Below, piece by piece: positions 47,605 through 57,154 of a stretch of 64,000 nt of DNA. Position 1 is the first letter of the stretch, and every line of letters begins with the position of its first letter. A program made the position numbers and the translations under genes. Source of the DNA: an uncultured virus (IMG/VR IMGVR_UViG_3300002835_004837) (lineage: Duplodnaviria > Heunggongvirae > Uroviricota > Caudoviricetes); the IMG/VR virus record IMGVR_UViG_3300002835_004837. The stretch is one strand, 5' to 3'. Below the pieces are notes generated by a model that was not told the origin of the DNA, did not search any database, and saw only the letters and a list, made by a program, of their open reading frames with translations.

Positions 47605-49272
47605 TTACAGTCTCGGATCCCATCTGTCATTATAGTATAGGCCTTCTTTATCCACCTTATACCATGAGTCACCAGTAGCATCTTGTTCCACCACTTCATC
47701 CAAACCGTTATCAATGAAACCGAATGGCACATTTTCCACATCTTGTAAGTATGATTGCTCTCTTTGTAGAGCATATCTGATATCATTTGAAACTGTTTCT
47801 TTAAATAATTTCTGTGCAGTCAACCAACCAAAATGAACCAAAGTCATCGCCATGTCATCGTTTGATCCTTCTTCTGCCTTGAAGGTCTTTTTATCGGCAG
47901 AGAATGAAAACAATTCTGTAATCGTGTCTTCATCATTCAGAATGAGTTTATCATTTTCGACAAGAGTTTTAAGGTTGGCACAGCCAATCATCTTAGATTG
48001 TGCTGTCATTTTAAGACCAAATGCTAACTTGTTCTTACCAGCAGCAAAGCCACTTGATGCTTGTGTACCTTGCTTGCCTTTGGTTTGAAACTTTAGCAAG
48101 TTTTCGTAATTCAATTCATAATGAAGAATGTCTGCAACTTGCAAACCAATCGAATTGATTTCAACAAGAACAAATGCCTCGTTATACTTCATGCCAGCAG
48201 AATATACAACCGCTGGTAAAAGCATAGGGCTGATTTCATTGTTTCTGTATTTAGCTACCTGACGATAAGGTATTTCAGTAACATCGAATATGGAGAATGC
48301 TGAGTAATCTAGTCCCTGTCCCTCGGCAACATCAACGGTCAAAACATATGTGTGTTTAGGAATAGGTTCTTCGAATACTTCCATACATTCCATACGACGA
48401 ATAGGCTCTTTCCAGTGCAACGATGCAAGTTTAGCACCATTGATAAGTGTGTTAGATGAACCTAAGAACTCACAACCAAACTCTTGGTCGAACTGTCTTT
48501 GTGAGGTGTTTCGAATCGTTTCTTGCGCCCATGCTTCGTCTCTACCCGGCACCATGCTCCAGTGAATTTCAATAGGCATATATGTGCTAGTCTTTTCGAC
48601 GGCTTTCGTCCACATCTTATAGAACAAGTTCATGCCGTTAGGTGTAGAGACGATAACGACCTTAGAAGTTTTACCAGATGAAATAGTAGGATATGTAGAA
48701 TTAAAGAAGTCCTCAGCAATATTATTCGGTACGAACGCAAACTCGTCTAGAAAGATTAGGTTGAATGAGAAACCACGGACGGAACTACCTGAGGTAGAGT
48801 CGGCTAGAACTCTCGAACCGTTGGCGAGATAAATGGATCCTTTGTTCCACTCTTTGATGCCCTGTTTTAGAAACATTGGCAAGTATTCGAAGGCTAGCTT
48901 AAGTTTGCCAAGTAGTTCTCTAGCAGTCGGTGCACGGTTAGCAAGAATAGCGACAACAAAGTTCTCGTTAAACAAGACTTGGTGAAGGATATACGCTACC
49001 GATGTAGTAGACTTACCGACCTGACGAGGTAGTTTACAGATAGAGAAACGATTGTCGTGGAATGTTTGCAGCATTCTTTCCTGGAAGTCCCACATTTCGA
49101 ATGGGATCAAACCACGGTCAACGTTAATGATCTTGATATACTTGCGAGCAAAATAAACAGGATCTTCGGCACACTTTAGATACTCATCTAGTTCTTTTTG
49201 AGTAAAAGAATGACGATACTGCTCATTAGGCAGATTGGGATTATTCTGGTAGCTGTAAGGTGTCCTTGCCAT
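47605..49272 (-). CDS. gp17: Terminase large subunit gp17
   Basis: PRQVGKST, FLDEFAF, STPNG, DVAEG.G.DYS, DDMAM. Confidence 0.97.
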   Translation of the reverse strand: MARTPYSYQNNPNLPNEQYRHSFTQKELDEYLKCAEDPVYFARKYIKIINVDRGLIPFEMWDFQERMLQTFHDNRFSICKLPRQVGKSTTSVAYILHQVLFNENFVVAILANRAPTARELLGKLKLAFEYLPMFLKQGIKEWNKGSIYLANGSRVLADSTSGSSVRGFSFNLIFLDEFAFVPNNIAEDFFNSTYPTISSGKTSKVVIVSTPNGMNLFYKMWTKAVEKTSTYMPIEIHWSMVPGRDEAWAQETIRNTSQRQFDQEFGCEFLGSSNTLINGAKLASLHWKEPIRRMECMEVFEEPIPKHTYVLTVDVAEGQGLDYSAFSIFDVTEIPYRQVAKYRNNEISPMLLPAVVYSAGMKYNEAFVLVEINSIGLQVADILHYELNYENLLKFQTKGKQGTQASSGFAAGKNKLAFGLKMTAQSKMIGCANLKTLVENDKLILNDEDTITELFSFSADKKTFKAEEGSNDDMAMTLVHFGWLTAQKLFKETVSNDIRYALQREQSYLQDVENVPFGFIDNGLDEVVEQDATGDSWYKVDKEGLYYNDRWDPRL

Positions 49273-49708
49273 CTTGCTCTTTCTTGTTCTTTATGGCAGA
49301 TAACAACTCTGCGGTAGAACCCACAAAAACTGCTTGTTCAACATTAATATGTCCCTCGGCGTTTTTCTTGCGAGGATCCGAATCAGGATCAGGTTCTTTA
49401 AGATCCCTTTTCATTTTCTGTAGATTATATAGGTCTTTAGATGTTTCACCGACCGTCTTGATTAGGTTGGCAACTACCTCAAAGCCTCTTGCTGATTCGT
49501 TTTGTCTAGCAATAGTAGAGATATCTTCAAGGGCATCGTTACCCTTTTCGATAAGATTACGGAGGGTATTTCTGACTAGTTTATAGTCTGCGTCTTGATC
49601 TTCTTCTGCTGGCAATTGTTCATATACAACAACTTCCTTGCTTGGCTCATTTTTTGTTTCTTCAACCTTATGCTCAATACCTAGTGCGTCAGATAAGTTC
49701 TTTGTCAT
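49241..49708 (-). CDS. gp16: Terminase small subunit gp16
   Basis: DADYKLVR..LR.LIEKG, RGFEV, FVGSTAEL. Confidence 0.9.
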   Translation of the reverse strand: MTKNLSDALGIEHKVEETKNEPSKEVVVYEQLPAEEDQDADYKLVRNTLRNLIEKGNDALEDISTIARQNESARGFEVVANLIKTVGETSKDLYNLQKMKRDLKEPDPDSDPRKKNAEGHINVEQAVFVGSTAELLSAIKNKKEQDGKDTLQLPE

Positions 49709-49721
49709 GTCTCACTTCCAA

Positions 49722-50348
49722 TTATGTAACTAAGAATGTCATTCCATATGCATTTTCAGCATCGATAGTAAAGTAGTTCGATTTGCTAATTGTGGTATAG
49801 GTATTTTGTAGGTAACCAATTGTTGTGCTTCTAGTATCATTGTTAGAGCGAGCAAATGTAGCAGTTGTATTGGTAATACCAATAACAGCATTTGCTACCG
49901 CACCGTCTTGATTGAACATAGCAACCCAAATCTGTCTAGACTTGACAGTTGTATTAGCTACCACACCAATTGAACTATTAGCAACCCACTCGGTAACATT
50001 AGAGAATTGTTGATTAAAACCTCTCAATGCGACACAATTAATATTACCTCCACCAGATACAAAGACGGTTGAATTTGACTCGTCAATGCCTCTTTTCTTA
50101 TATGCAAGCAATCTACCAGAACCCGAACCATTAACGGCGGTTGTGGTATTAGAATATATTGTATTCCAATCTGCTGGCAATTCTGGAACTGTTAAGTTAT
50201 CTGCTACAGCAAATACAACCAGTGTATCACCTGCATAACCGCTTGGATACTCAAAAGTTATATTCTCTACAACTCTTTCAGAAGTCATAGTTTGTCCAAC
50301 AAATTTTGGGTTGTTACCTAGTCCAACTAATGTCTGTTGAATTGCCAT
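49722..50348 (-). CDS. Putative virion protein (fibre-associated beta domain)
   Basis: Structural module; Asn/Thr-rich. Confidence 0.55.
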   Translation of the reverse strand: MAIQQTLVGLGNNPKFVGQTMTSERVVENITFEYPSGYAGDTLVVFAVADNLTVPELPADWNTIYSNTTTAVNGSGSGRLLAYKKRGIDESNSTVFVSGGGNINCVALRGFNQQFSNVTEWVANSSIGVVANTTVKSRQIWVAMFNQDGAVANAVIGITNTTATFARSNNDTRSTTIGYLQNTYTTISKSNYFTIDAENAYGMTFLVT

Positions 50349-52651
50349 TATGACAAACCAGCTCCTGATACGGCAAATGTATTAGCACGGACACAGATAA
50401 GAGTTGCGAGTCCATAATTGCTCAACAATCTATTTCCTGTATCGTTGGTACCGGATAGAAGTAGCGTAACATTGTTGTTCTGTGTAATCGTCAATGATGT
50501 TGCGGTATTGTTGAAGATGCTTACTGTCTGACCGGTGGCAAATACAGAGTTTACGATAAACACATTAGCACCGGGTGCATCAACAGAAATCAACTTACCG
50601 GTATCAGCCAATGTTAGAATATATGATGCAGGCTGACTATTAACTGGCAAATCTCTTAGCGGACCGTTAACATCAGATACATAACCATTTACATATAGAC
50701 TGCCTTCAAGACTTGCATTTGTATTAGGTAGAGAATTGTTTGCTGTATTAAATGCAGCAGTAATGGTAGTACCGAATGTGTTAACTGTTACCGCTGCGTA
50801 GTTAGCAATGTTGAATGATGTATTAGAAATGGTTGAAATTACATTCAACTGTCCATATGAAGCGATTGTAGTTGCGGCAACATTATATGCATACTCATAT
50901 GTCGAGTTAGCAAAGTTAGATCCGTTATTAGCTAGAATGTATGCGGCATTGGCTCTATCGAATGCAGGACCAGGATAACCGAACTCACTAGCAATTGTAT
51001 TAGCACGGTTATATGCACTGTTAGCAACATCATAAGATGAGTTGGCATGAAGGAATGCAGCATTAGTATTAGCAATGACACCATAAACAAGAGCATTACT
51101 TGTATTAGCTAGATCAAACACAACAGTTGTGGTGGCAGCCACATTGTATGAGAAGCTATTAACAGTGTTTGCAAATGTGAATGATGCAATAGCATTGACT
51201 AGAGCGGAATTTGCTGTATCATTTGCTAGGTTTGCTCTCTCAAATGCTCCGGTGAATGCAGCAAGGGCGATAGTATTGACACTAAGTCCACCAAGGAAGT
51301 TATTAACATTGGTATTGGCAGCCTGAGCGATTGCTAGAGCGTTTGCTGTATTAGATGCTGTAACTGTAATAGTATTGCTAAATGAGTTGAGTGTATTACC
51401 GAACTCATATGCCAATAGAGAAACAGCACCACCGTCTAGGCTATAGACGAAAGAGTTTGCGGCAGTTGCAGCGATATATGCGGCAGTTGCTAGATCAAAT
51501 GTTTGATATCCGAATGTATTGACAGTATTAACTAGATTTGAAACGGCATTAACTCTTTCATCTACCAATGTAATTCTGTCATTACATGTATTGGCTTCAT
51601 CAAATGCAGCAATAGCAATTGTTGGGAACTTATATTCTAGAGTGAATGATGAAAGACTATTTGCTAGATCATAAACGGTGTTTAGTGTAGCATAGACATT
51701 CTGAGAATAACCGTTTGAGGTATTAGCAACATTGAATAGCTGGTTGATTCTAAACTCTAGTCCATCGGAACGAGTATTAACAGTATTGGAAGCATTGAAA
51801 ACAATAGCCACACTGTTAGCAACATCGGATACATATGTATTTACCGTATTTGCATAATCAAAGGCAGCATTTGTTCTGTCTGATACTTCGGCAACAGTAG
51901 CGGCTAAGCCTGCGCCAGATGTAAGCGAAAGATTGTTAGCAAATGCGAAAGCGGCTACAGCAACATTAGATGTGTCGTTAGCAAAAGCAAATGCAGCATT
52001 CGCCTGGTCATATACTGTATTGACTCTGGTATCCAGATCACCATTTGTAAGTGAATAAGCATATGCATTAACCGAATTGGCAAATGTATAAACATTAGCA
52101 ACATCGGAATTTGTGGCCGATGTAATGGTGACAAGTGTATTGGCTAGATCATAAGCATATGATAGAGTGGTGCTAACAAGTCCTGTTTGTAATAGGGCAC
52201 TGTTGGCAAAGTTATATGCTGTATTTGATTGATCATATGCAGCACTAAGTTTAGAGCCAAATGTATTAGCATAATCAAAAGATGCTTGTGATGTTGCATA
52301 AGCAAGGTTCGATTGATTGTAAGATACAGTAAAGTTGGCAGATAATGTCGATACAGTAGCATTAGATGAGTTGAGTGCGCCTTGAAGCGTAGTAATACTA
52401 TCAAGTGCATTTCCGATAGAAATGAATGCTGTATTAGAAAGATCCGATAATGTATTAGCAGCCAGGGCAGTATTGTTTGCTAATCCATATACAGATGTTA
52501 CAGTGTTTGAGGTATCGTTAGCAAAAGCAAATGCTGATATTACTGTATTTGATGAATCGTTTGCAAGTGCATATGAGCTATTAGCGGTTGTGTAAGCCGC
52601 ATTAGCTGTATCATATGCTGAATTTGCTGTATCGAAAATTGGGTCTGCCAT
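50348..52651 (-). CDS. Fibre/whisker-like protein with long Ala-Asn heptad coiled coil and C-terminal beta domain
   Basis: Dozens of A(F/Y)xxAN repeats; C-terminal YILTLADTGK...SGAGLS domain. Confidence 0.7.
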   Translation of the reverse strand: MADPIFDTANSAYDTANAAYTTANSSYALANDSSNTVISAFAFANDTSNTVTSVYGLANNTALAANTLSDLSNTAFISIGNALDSITTLQGALNSSNATVSTLSANFTVSYNQSNLAYATSQASFDYANTFGSKLSAAYDQSNTAYNFANSALLQTGLVSTTLSYAYDLANTLVTITSATNSDVANVYTFANSVNAYAYSLTNGDLDTRVNTVYDQANAAFAFANDTSNVAVAAFAFANNLSLTSGAGLAATVAEVSDRTNAAFDYANTVNTYVSDVANSVAIVFNASNTVNTRSDGLEFRINQLFNVANTSNGYSQNVYATLNTVYDLANSLSSFTLEYKFPTIAIAAFDEANTCNDRITLVDERVNAVSNLVNTVNTFGYQTFDLATAAYIAATAANSFVYSLDGGAVSLLAYEFGNTLNSFSNTITVTASNTANALAIAQAANTNVNNFLGGLSVNTIALAAFTGAFERANLANDTANSALVNAIASFTFANTVNSFSYNVAATTTVVFDLANTSNALVYGVIANTNAAFLHANSSYDVANSAYNRANTIASEFGYPGPAFDRANAAYILANNGSNFANSTYEYAYNVAATTIASYGQLNVISTISNTSFNIANYAAVTVNTFGTTITAAFNTANNSLPNTNASLEGSLYVNGYVSDVNGPLRDLPVNSQPASYILTLADTGKLISVDAPGANVFIVNSVFATGQTVSIFNNTATSLTITQNNNVTLLLSGTNDTGNRLLSNYGLATLICVRANTFAVSGAGLS

Positions 52652-52656
52652 TTAAA

Positions 52657-54237
52657 TTATCCTATCTTCTTCTTTAATTCATCAATTTCAGCCATTAGTC
52701 CTTTGATTGCTTCTACTAACACAGGAACTATCTTTTCTTCTCTTACTGTCAAATATGGGTTTTCAGGATCATAGTTGATGCCTTCTCTAGGAATCAATCT
52801 GTCACCATCCTTATTAGTATATTGTAGCATTTGAATTGCTGCTGCCTGTGGAAGAACCTCTTGAACTTCCTGTGCAACCAAACCAACTTCGATGCCAGTA
52901 TTAGTTTCATCCAAAAGTTTGTTGCCGATATCATTCCATTCATAACGATAACCATTTATACCATTAAGAATTGTGCGCCAATCAGTAATCTTAGTAAGGT
53001 TCTTCTTAAGTCTTCTATCCGACCAATAAGCAGTAATATTGCCGTTTGTGTAGAAGTTGCCAGCGCCTTCGAAAATAGCTCTAGTACCATTGTCTTGTGT
53101 GCCGAATCTAATCCACCACTGATTTGTAAAGCTTCCTGAAATCCAGGTTGCACCACCATTACTGAAATGGAATCTAACGAAATTATCTGGATATGATCTA
53201 ACCCACTGATCGTTGTTTAGCTCAAGGACATTCAATCTAGTTCCAGCAGATGGATCAACATAATAGTTGATGTTGTTTCTATCTCTAATAGAACTTACTT
53301 GAACTTCGTTTAGAATTGAAGTTCCCGCAGGATCGAGTAAGAAAGTCTGATTATCTTGATCAAGGAATCTTCTTCCAACAATATCACCAAACGAACGAAT
53401 ATAATTAACATCAAGGTTAGCTAGTTTAGAATTGCCATTAGGATCAACTCGGTAATCTTGATTGTTTAGATCGATCAAGAGAGGAGCGTAAACGGCATTA
53501 GAGCAAGTCATATTAACAAAACTTGTTCTTTCGAATGCGGCATTTGCTTTAATGAATGCAGCGTTAGCATGTCTAAAGACTGTTGAATTGGGTGGTAATG
53601 CTTGCAATGCTATCAATACATTGTTAGAATGTAGGAATGCGGCATTAGCATGTGTGCGAGCCGTGTTAGCGTTAATATAACCAGCATTCGCATGGGTTCT
53701 TGCCGTATTGGCGTTTATGTATGCTGAGTTGGCATGATCCCTAGTAACATTTGCTCTTCCGAATGCATTGTTAGAATGTGAGAATGCCGCATTAGCATTG
53801 AAATACGCTGAGTTTGCATGACGGAATATAACAGTATTCGCTCTAGCAAAAAGATTGTTAGAGTGATTGAAAACGGTATTAGCATTGAAATATGCAGCAT
53901 TAGCATGACGCCAAACGGTGTTTGTTGTCGCAAAGGCATCGTTTGCCTTAAAGTATGCTAGATTGGCGGTGCGAAAAGCTAAAACAGTATTTTGTGATAT
54001 TTGTGCGAAGCCACCGAATGTTAGATTTGCACGATCATATGCAGAGTTGGCGTGAGCCCATGCCAGATTAATTCTGTTGTTTGTGCTTCTACTAAATGAG
54101 TTAATTGTATTAACGGTATTAGTGCCGTTGGCAAACAATTCTTGAAAGTTGTCGTTTACTTTAATAAACGAATCTCTAAGTGTATCGCCTTTGCCGTCGT
54201 TAGCAACCGAACCTACATTTACTATTTGTCTGGTCAT
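52657..54237 (-). CDS. Tail fibre protein with C-terminal intramolecular chaperone (peptidase S74)
   Basis: N-terminal NVG..ANDG.GD.LR.SF.KVN.NF anchor, HANAAY heptads, SDRRLKKN...GLVAQEVQ...LVEAIK. Confidence 0.85.
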   Translation of the reverse strand: MTRQIVNVGSVANDGKGDTLRDSFIKVNDNFQELFANGTNTVNTINSFSRSTNNRINLAWAHANSAYDRANLTFGGFAQISQNTVLAFRTANLAYFKANDAFATTNTVWRHANAAYFNANTVFNHSNNLFARANTVIFRHANSAYFNANAAFSHSNNAFGRANVTRDHANSAYINANTARTHANAGYINANTARTHANAAFLHSNNVLIALQALPPNSTVFRHANAAFIKANAAFERTSFVNMTCSNAVYAPLLIDLNNQDYRVDPNGNSKLANLDVNYIRSFGDIVGRRFLDQDNQTFLLDPAGTSILNEVQVSSIRDRNNINYYVDPSAGTRLNVLELNNDQWVRSYPDNFVRFHFSNGGATWISGSFTNQWWIRFGTQDNGTRAIFEGAGNFYTNGNITAYWSDRRLKKNLTKITDWRTILNGINGYRYEWNDIGNKLLDETNTGIEVGLVAQEVQEVLPQAAAIQMLQYTNKDGDRLIPREGINYDPENPYLTVREEKIVPVLVEAIKGLMAEIDELKKKIG

Positions 54238-54265
54238 GTTCTCTTAATCCGAGGTTATTTAAGTA

Positions 54266-54272
54266 TATTTAG
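54266..54272 (-). promoter_or_regulatory. Late promoter core CTAAATA upstream of the fibre gene
   Basis: Intergenic match to the recurrent late motif. Confidence 0.55.
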
Positions 54273-55271
54273 TTACCGTCTATACAAAGTTTCGCTATAC
54301 CCATAATCGTCGCCGGGTTCAGAATTAATAGGATCGGGTGTATGTCTAATCATAAATGCATCTTCTACAGGTTGTTTCTGTGATATGATAGTGCATACCG
54401 CATTGGATTCGGTGGCATGAACTCTGTTGTTAGCGAAGAATCTTCCTTCTGTGACATTAACAACAAGGCTGTGTGCATTAGCATTATATGATACCACTTT
54501 GCCGTATGCATTAGATGTTAGAGGATTATGTCCCTGATAGACCACATCACCTCTATTGAAGCTACCGTTTGCATTTGCAACATTCAATGTGGCAATATAG
54601 CCATTGTTTGTTATGATAGTGTTATCAGCAAACACTCTAGTATTAGCAGAAGTGATAATCTTGGGCGTTGTGATTGGGCCATAGAAATGCATCTTCATTG
54701 TGAAAGTGAGAGTCCAATATACATAACGAACTGAGTCAAAGTTGCCTTCGTATTGAATGTCGTTTGTTACTGAATTAAGAATTACAGGCACATCTTTTAG
54801 AAATCCTAGATCGGGAATCATGTTTGTTGTGACTGTGAAATCGGGATTGAAGAAAGGTAAAATCTGTTCTACAATATGTGTGCCATCATCAATGTTTCTT
54901 GCATAGATGTTCAAAGCGAATGTAATGTCATAAGGCACACCAACATACTGCGACTTAACAGATGATCCATTATTAGGTGCTACTGCCCTTAATGTAGAGT
55001 TTTGCTTGCGAGTAGGATCATATGAGATACCTGTAATCTCGAAACTCATTCTAGGAAGAATAGCTTGAAACTGTTTTAGTAGTGCTGGGTCGGACTCAAT
55101 ACGAGTGACCATCTTCTCTTTAGGAGCATAGATGATCGGGACCAAGAAACGCTGTGTCTCTTTGCCTGTCTGATTATTCGTTCTAACTACAGTAATGTCA
55201 TCAAACAGTCTGCCAAATAGAATGACTGCTTTCTTAGTTAGTGAGTGATAAAACGGTGCATTACCTAGCAT
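54273..55271 (-). CDS. gp15: Tail sheath stabiliser/terminator gp15
   Basis: FG.LFDDI, VPIIYAPKEK, LPRMSFE, IVEQILPFFNP, WTLTFTMK..FYGP. Confidence 0.93.
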   Translation of the reverse strand: MLGNAPFYHSLTKKAVILFGRLFDDITVVRTNNQTGKETQRFLVPIIYAPKEKMVTRIESDPALLKQFQAILPRMSFEITGISYDPTRKQNSTLRAVAPNNGSSVKSQYVGVPYDITFALNIYARNIDDGTHIVEQILPFFNPDFTVTTNMIPDLGFLKDVPVILNSVTNDIQYEGNFDSVRYVYWTLTFTMKMHFYGPITTPKIITSANTRVFADNTIITNNGYIATLNVANANGSFNRGDVVYQGHNPLTSNAYGKVVSYNANAHSLVVNVTEGRFFANNRVHATESNAVCTIISQKQPVEDAFMIRHTPDPINSEPGDDYGYSETLYRR

Positions 55272-56164
55272 TACGGTGTTCCGAATGGATTGATTTCAGA
55301 TAGATCAAGAATAAGTTCTGTTGACTTGCCGAAATCATCGTTGTTAAAGAAATCTTGCATTACGAAATCACCAGTTGCATCTACACCGTTGGCGGTTGTA
55401 GAGAATATTGCCTGCGATGTATTACCATAAACATTAGCACTTGGGCTGAATGTGCCCATGATGTTGTGTAGAAGCATTGTTCCATTAGCTGCAAACCATT
55501 CAGAAACTTCGGCTGTAGCAGTAGCGTTTGCCCATGTTCCGTCTGGTGACTGATAAACAACCTCGTTATCACGGAATGATCCTGAACCAGATGTGTTTAG
55601 AGTTAGTTTAATTGTGTAGCCGTTATCTTCTTCGACTTGATCAATCTCACCAATGCCAGTATCAAAATCTTCTTCACTATAACGGAAGACTTCACAACGC
55701 ATTTCAAAGACGAATGGATGACGATTGCCCAATGAATAGAACATAAGTTTCTTTTCAATGAACTTAATCTCAAACATACGGTGTAATAGTGGTACCCAAA
55801 CAAGATCGCCCTCTTGTGGGCGTTCTCTAAGTGCTGATGGAACTATACGAGCAAATGAACGGCGTGAGATAACAAAGTTAGATGTATCTCTAATCTCTAG
55901 ACCAAACTTAGAGAAGAAATCATGATCACCTTCGTATCCTTCTGCATTGGCAATATATGCTTCAATGATGTAAGCATGTTTAAATTTGACCTTGGTAGTT
56001 TCACCAAAGATCATATCAACATTGTCTAGCGATTCTCTAGGAATGTAATAGCAATTATGTCCCATGATTTGAATAGATTCAACGATAACATCCTCCATAA
56101 GAGAATGCTCGTTTCCCAATCTATTCTGTGAGGGAAAGTTATTGAAATAACCGTTTACTGCCAT
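55271..56164 (-). CDS. gp14: Neck protein gp14
   Basis: ESIQIMG...YIPR, FSKFGLEIRD, RPQEGDL, NPFG C-terminus. Confidence 0.93.
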   Translation of the reverse strand: MAVNGYFNNFPSQNRLGNEHSLMEDVIVESIQIMGHNCYYIPRESLDNVDMIFGETTKVKFKHAYIIEAYIANAEGYEGDHDFFSKFGLEIRDTSNFVISRRSFARIVPSALRERPQEGDLVWVPLLHRMFEIKFIEKKLMFYSLGNRHPFVFEMRCEVFRYSEEDFDTGIGEIDQVEEDNGYTIKLTLNTSGSGSFRDNEVVYQSPDGTWANATATAEVSEWFAANGTMLLHNIMGTFSPSANVYGNTSQAIFSTTANGVDATGDFVMQDFFNNDDFGKSTELILDLSEINPFGTP

Positions 56165-56165
56165 T

Positions 56166-56915
56166 TTAACCTACCAAGAAGGCAGGAGGCTGCTCATAAG
56201 TCGAACGAATTTCTAGTTCGATCTTTTCAATTTCTGCCGTGGCTTCATTGAAGATATCGACACCACGCATCATTACACCACCTGGCAACTGCATCTTGTC
56301 AAACTTGGACATATTCTGTCCCCATTGTTTCTTGACATACGCTGTGGCAAGTTTCTTGAGCATACGGTCGTTCCAAACTCTAGTGTAAGTTGTTGGGTCT
56401 GTAATTACGATACCTTCAACGATGATATATTCACCGGGTTGAATGTCATTCTTCCAGTCCCAATCGATATAGAGTTTGTTAGTGATACGATTGAAACGAA
56501 TAGGCTGCTGACCTGTGAAGATCATATTAAGTGTGGCAAGATGCTGCATTGTTAGAGCATAATTGACATATGATGTTGATGAAAGGTCCCAGAGGTCGTT
56601 AAGACGCAACTGGTACCTTAAATCAAACATGTTCATGGCGAGGTAAGAACCACCAACAGGAAACACACGAATAGCACCAATCAAACCATCAGATACAGGA
56701 ATGTATTGATTGTTTAGGTCTTGCTGTGTTATTTGATGCTTCACATACGATCTTTCAGTGCCATTGAAATGGAACTCATTCCAGAACTCAAATGCCAACT
56801 CAATGGCATCTTCGACCTGAACATCATCAACATTAACCTGAATGACAGGATATCCTAACTGTCTTAGGCAAAAGTCTTTTAGTTCTTCTTTATTTGCTGG
56901 CTGATTGATCGACAT
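56166..56915 (-). CDS. gp13: Neck protein gp13
   Basis: LRQLGYPVIQVNV, KKQWGQNMSKF..MQLPGGV. Confidence 0.93.
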   Translation of the reverse strand: MSINQPANKEELKDFCLRQLGYPVIQVNVDDVQVEDAIELAFEFWNEFHFNGTERSYVKHQITQQDLNNQYIPVSDGLIGAIRVFPVGGSYLAMNMFDLRYQLRLNDLWDLSSTSYVNYALTMQHLATLNMIFTGQQPIRFNRITNKLYIDWDWKNDIQPGEYIIVEGIVITDPTTYTRVWNDRMLKKLATAYVKKQWGQNMSKFDKMQLPGGVMMRGVDIFNEATAEIEKIELEIRSTYEQPPAFLVG

Positions 56916-56933
56916 TTACCTCATCCGTGTCTT

Positions 56934-57113
56934 TTACTTATTAAGGACAGAACTCTCAGTGACATTCACATTTAGTTCCTGCACCTGTGAATCTGCTTGT
57001 TGACGAATAGCTAGAAATGTTTCCAATGTCTGTTCTAGGGGCATCTTAGATAGAGCCGTAAGAACATTGTTAATCATAGGAATTGTAAGTTCTAGTTTAA
57101 TTGTCTTTTCCAT
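56934..57113 (-). CDS. Small protein (59 aa, MEKTIKLELTIPMIN...)
   Basis: Manual ORF with SD GAGG; follows the fibre gene. Confidence 0.65.
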   Translation of the reverse strand: MEKTIKLELTIPMINNVLTALSKMPLEQTLETFLAIRQQADSQVQELNVNVTESSVLNK

Positions 57114-57154
57114 AATATACCTCTTTAGTTAATGCCTGCTTGAAGCAGATGCAT

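Noticed and set aside
36321..49272. Introns, inteins or homing endonucleases in gp17, gp18, gp20, gp23
   Set aside because: The frames are continuous and I saw no intein or LAGLIDADG/GIY-YIG/HNH motifs
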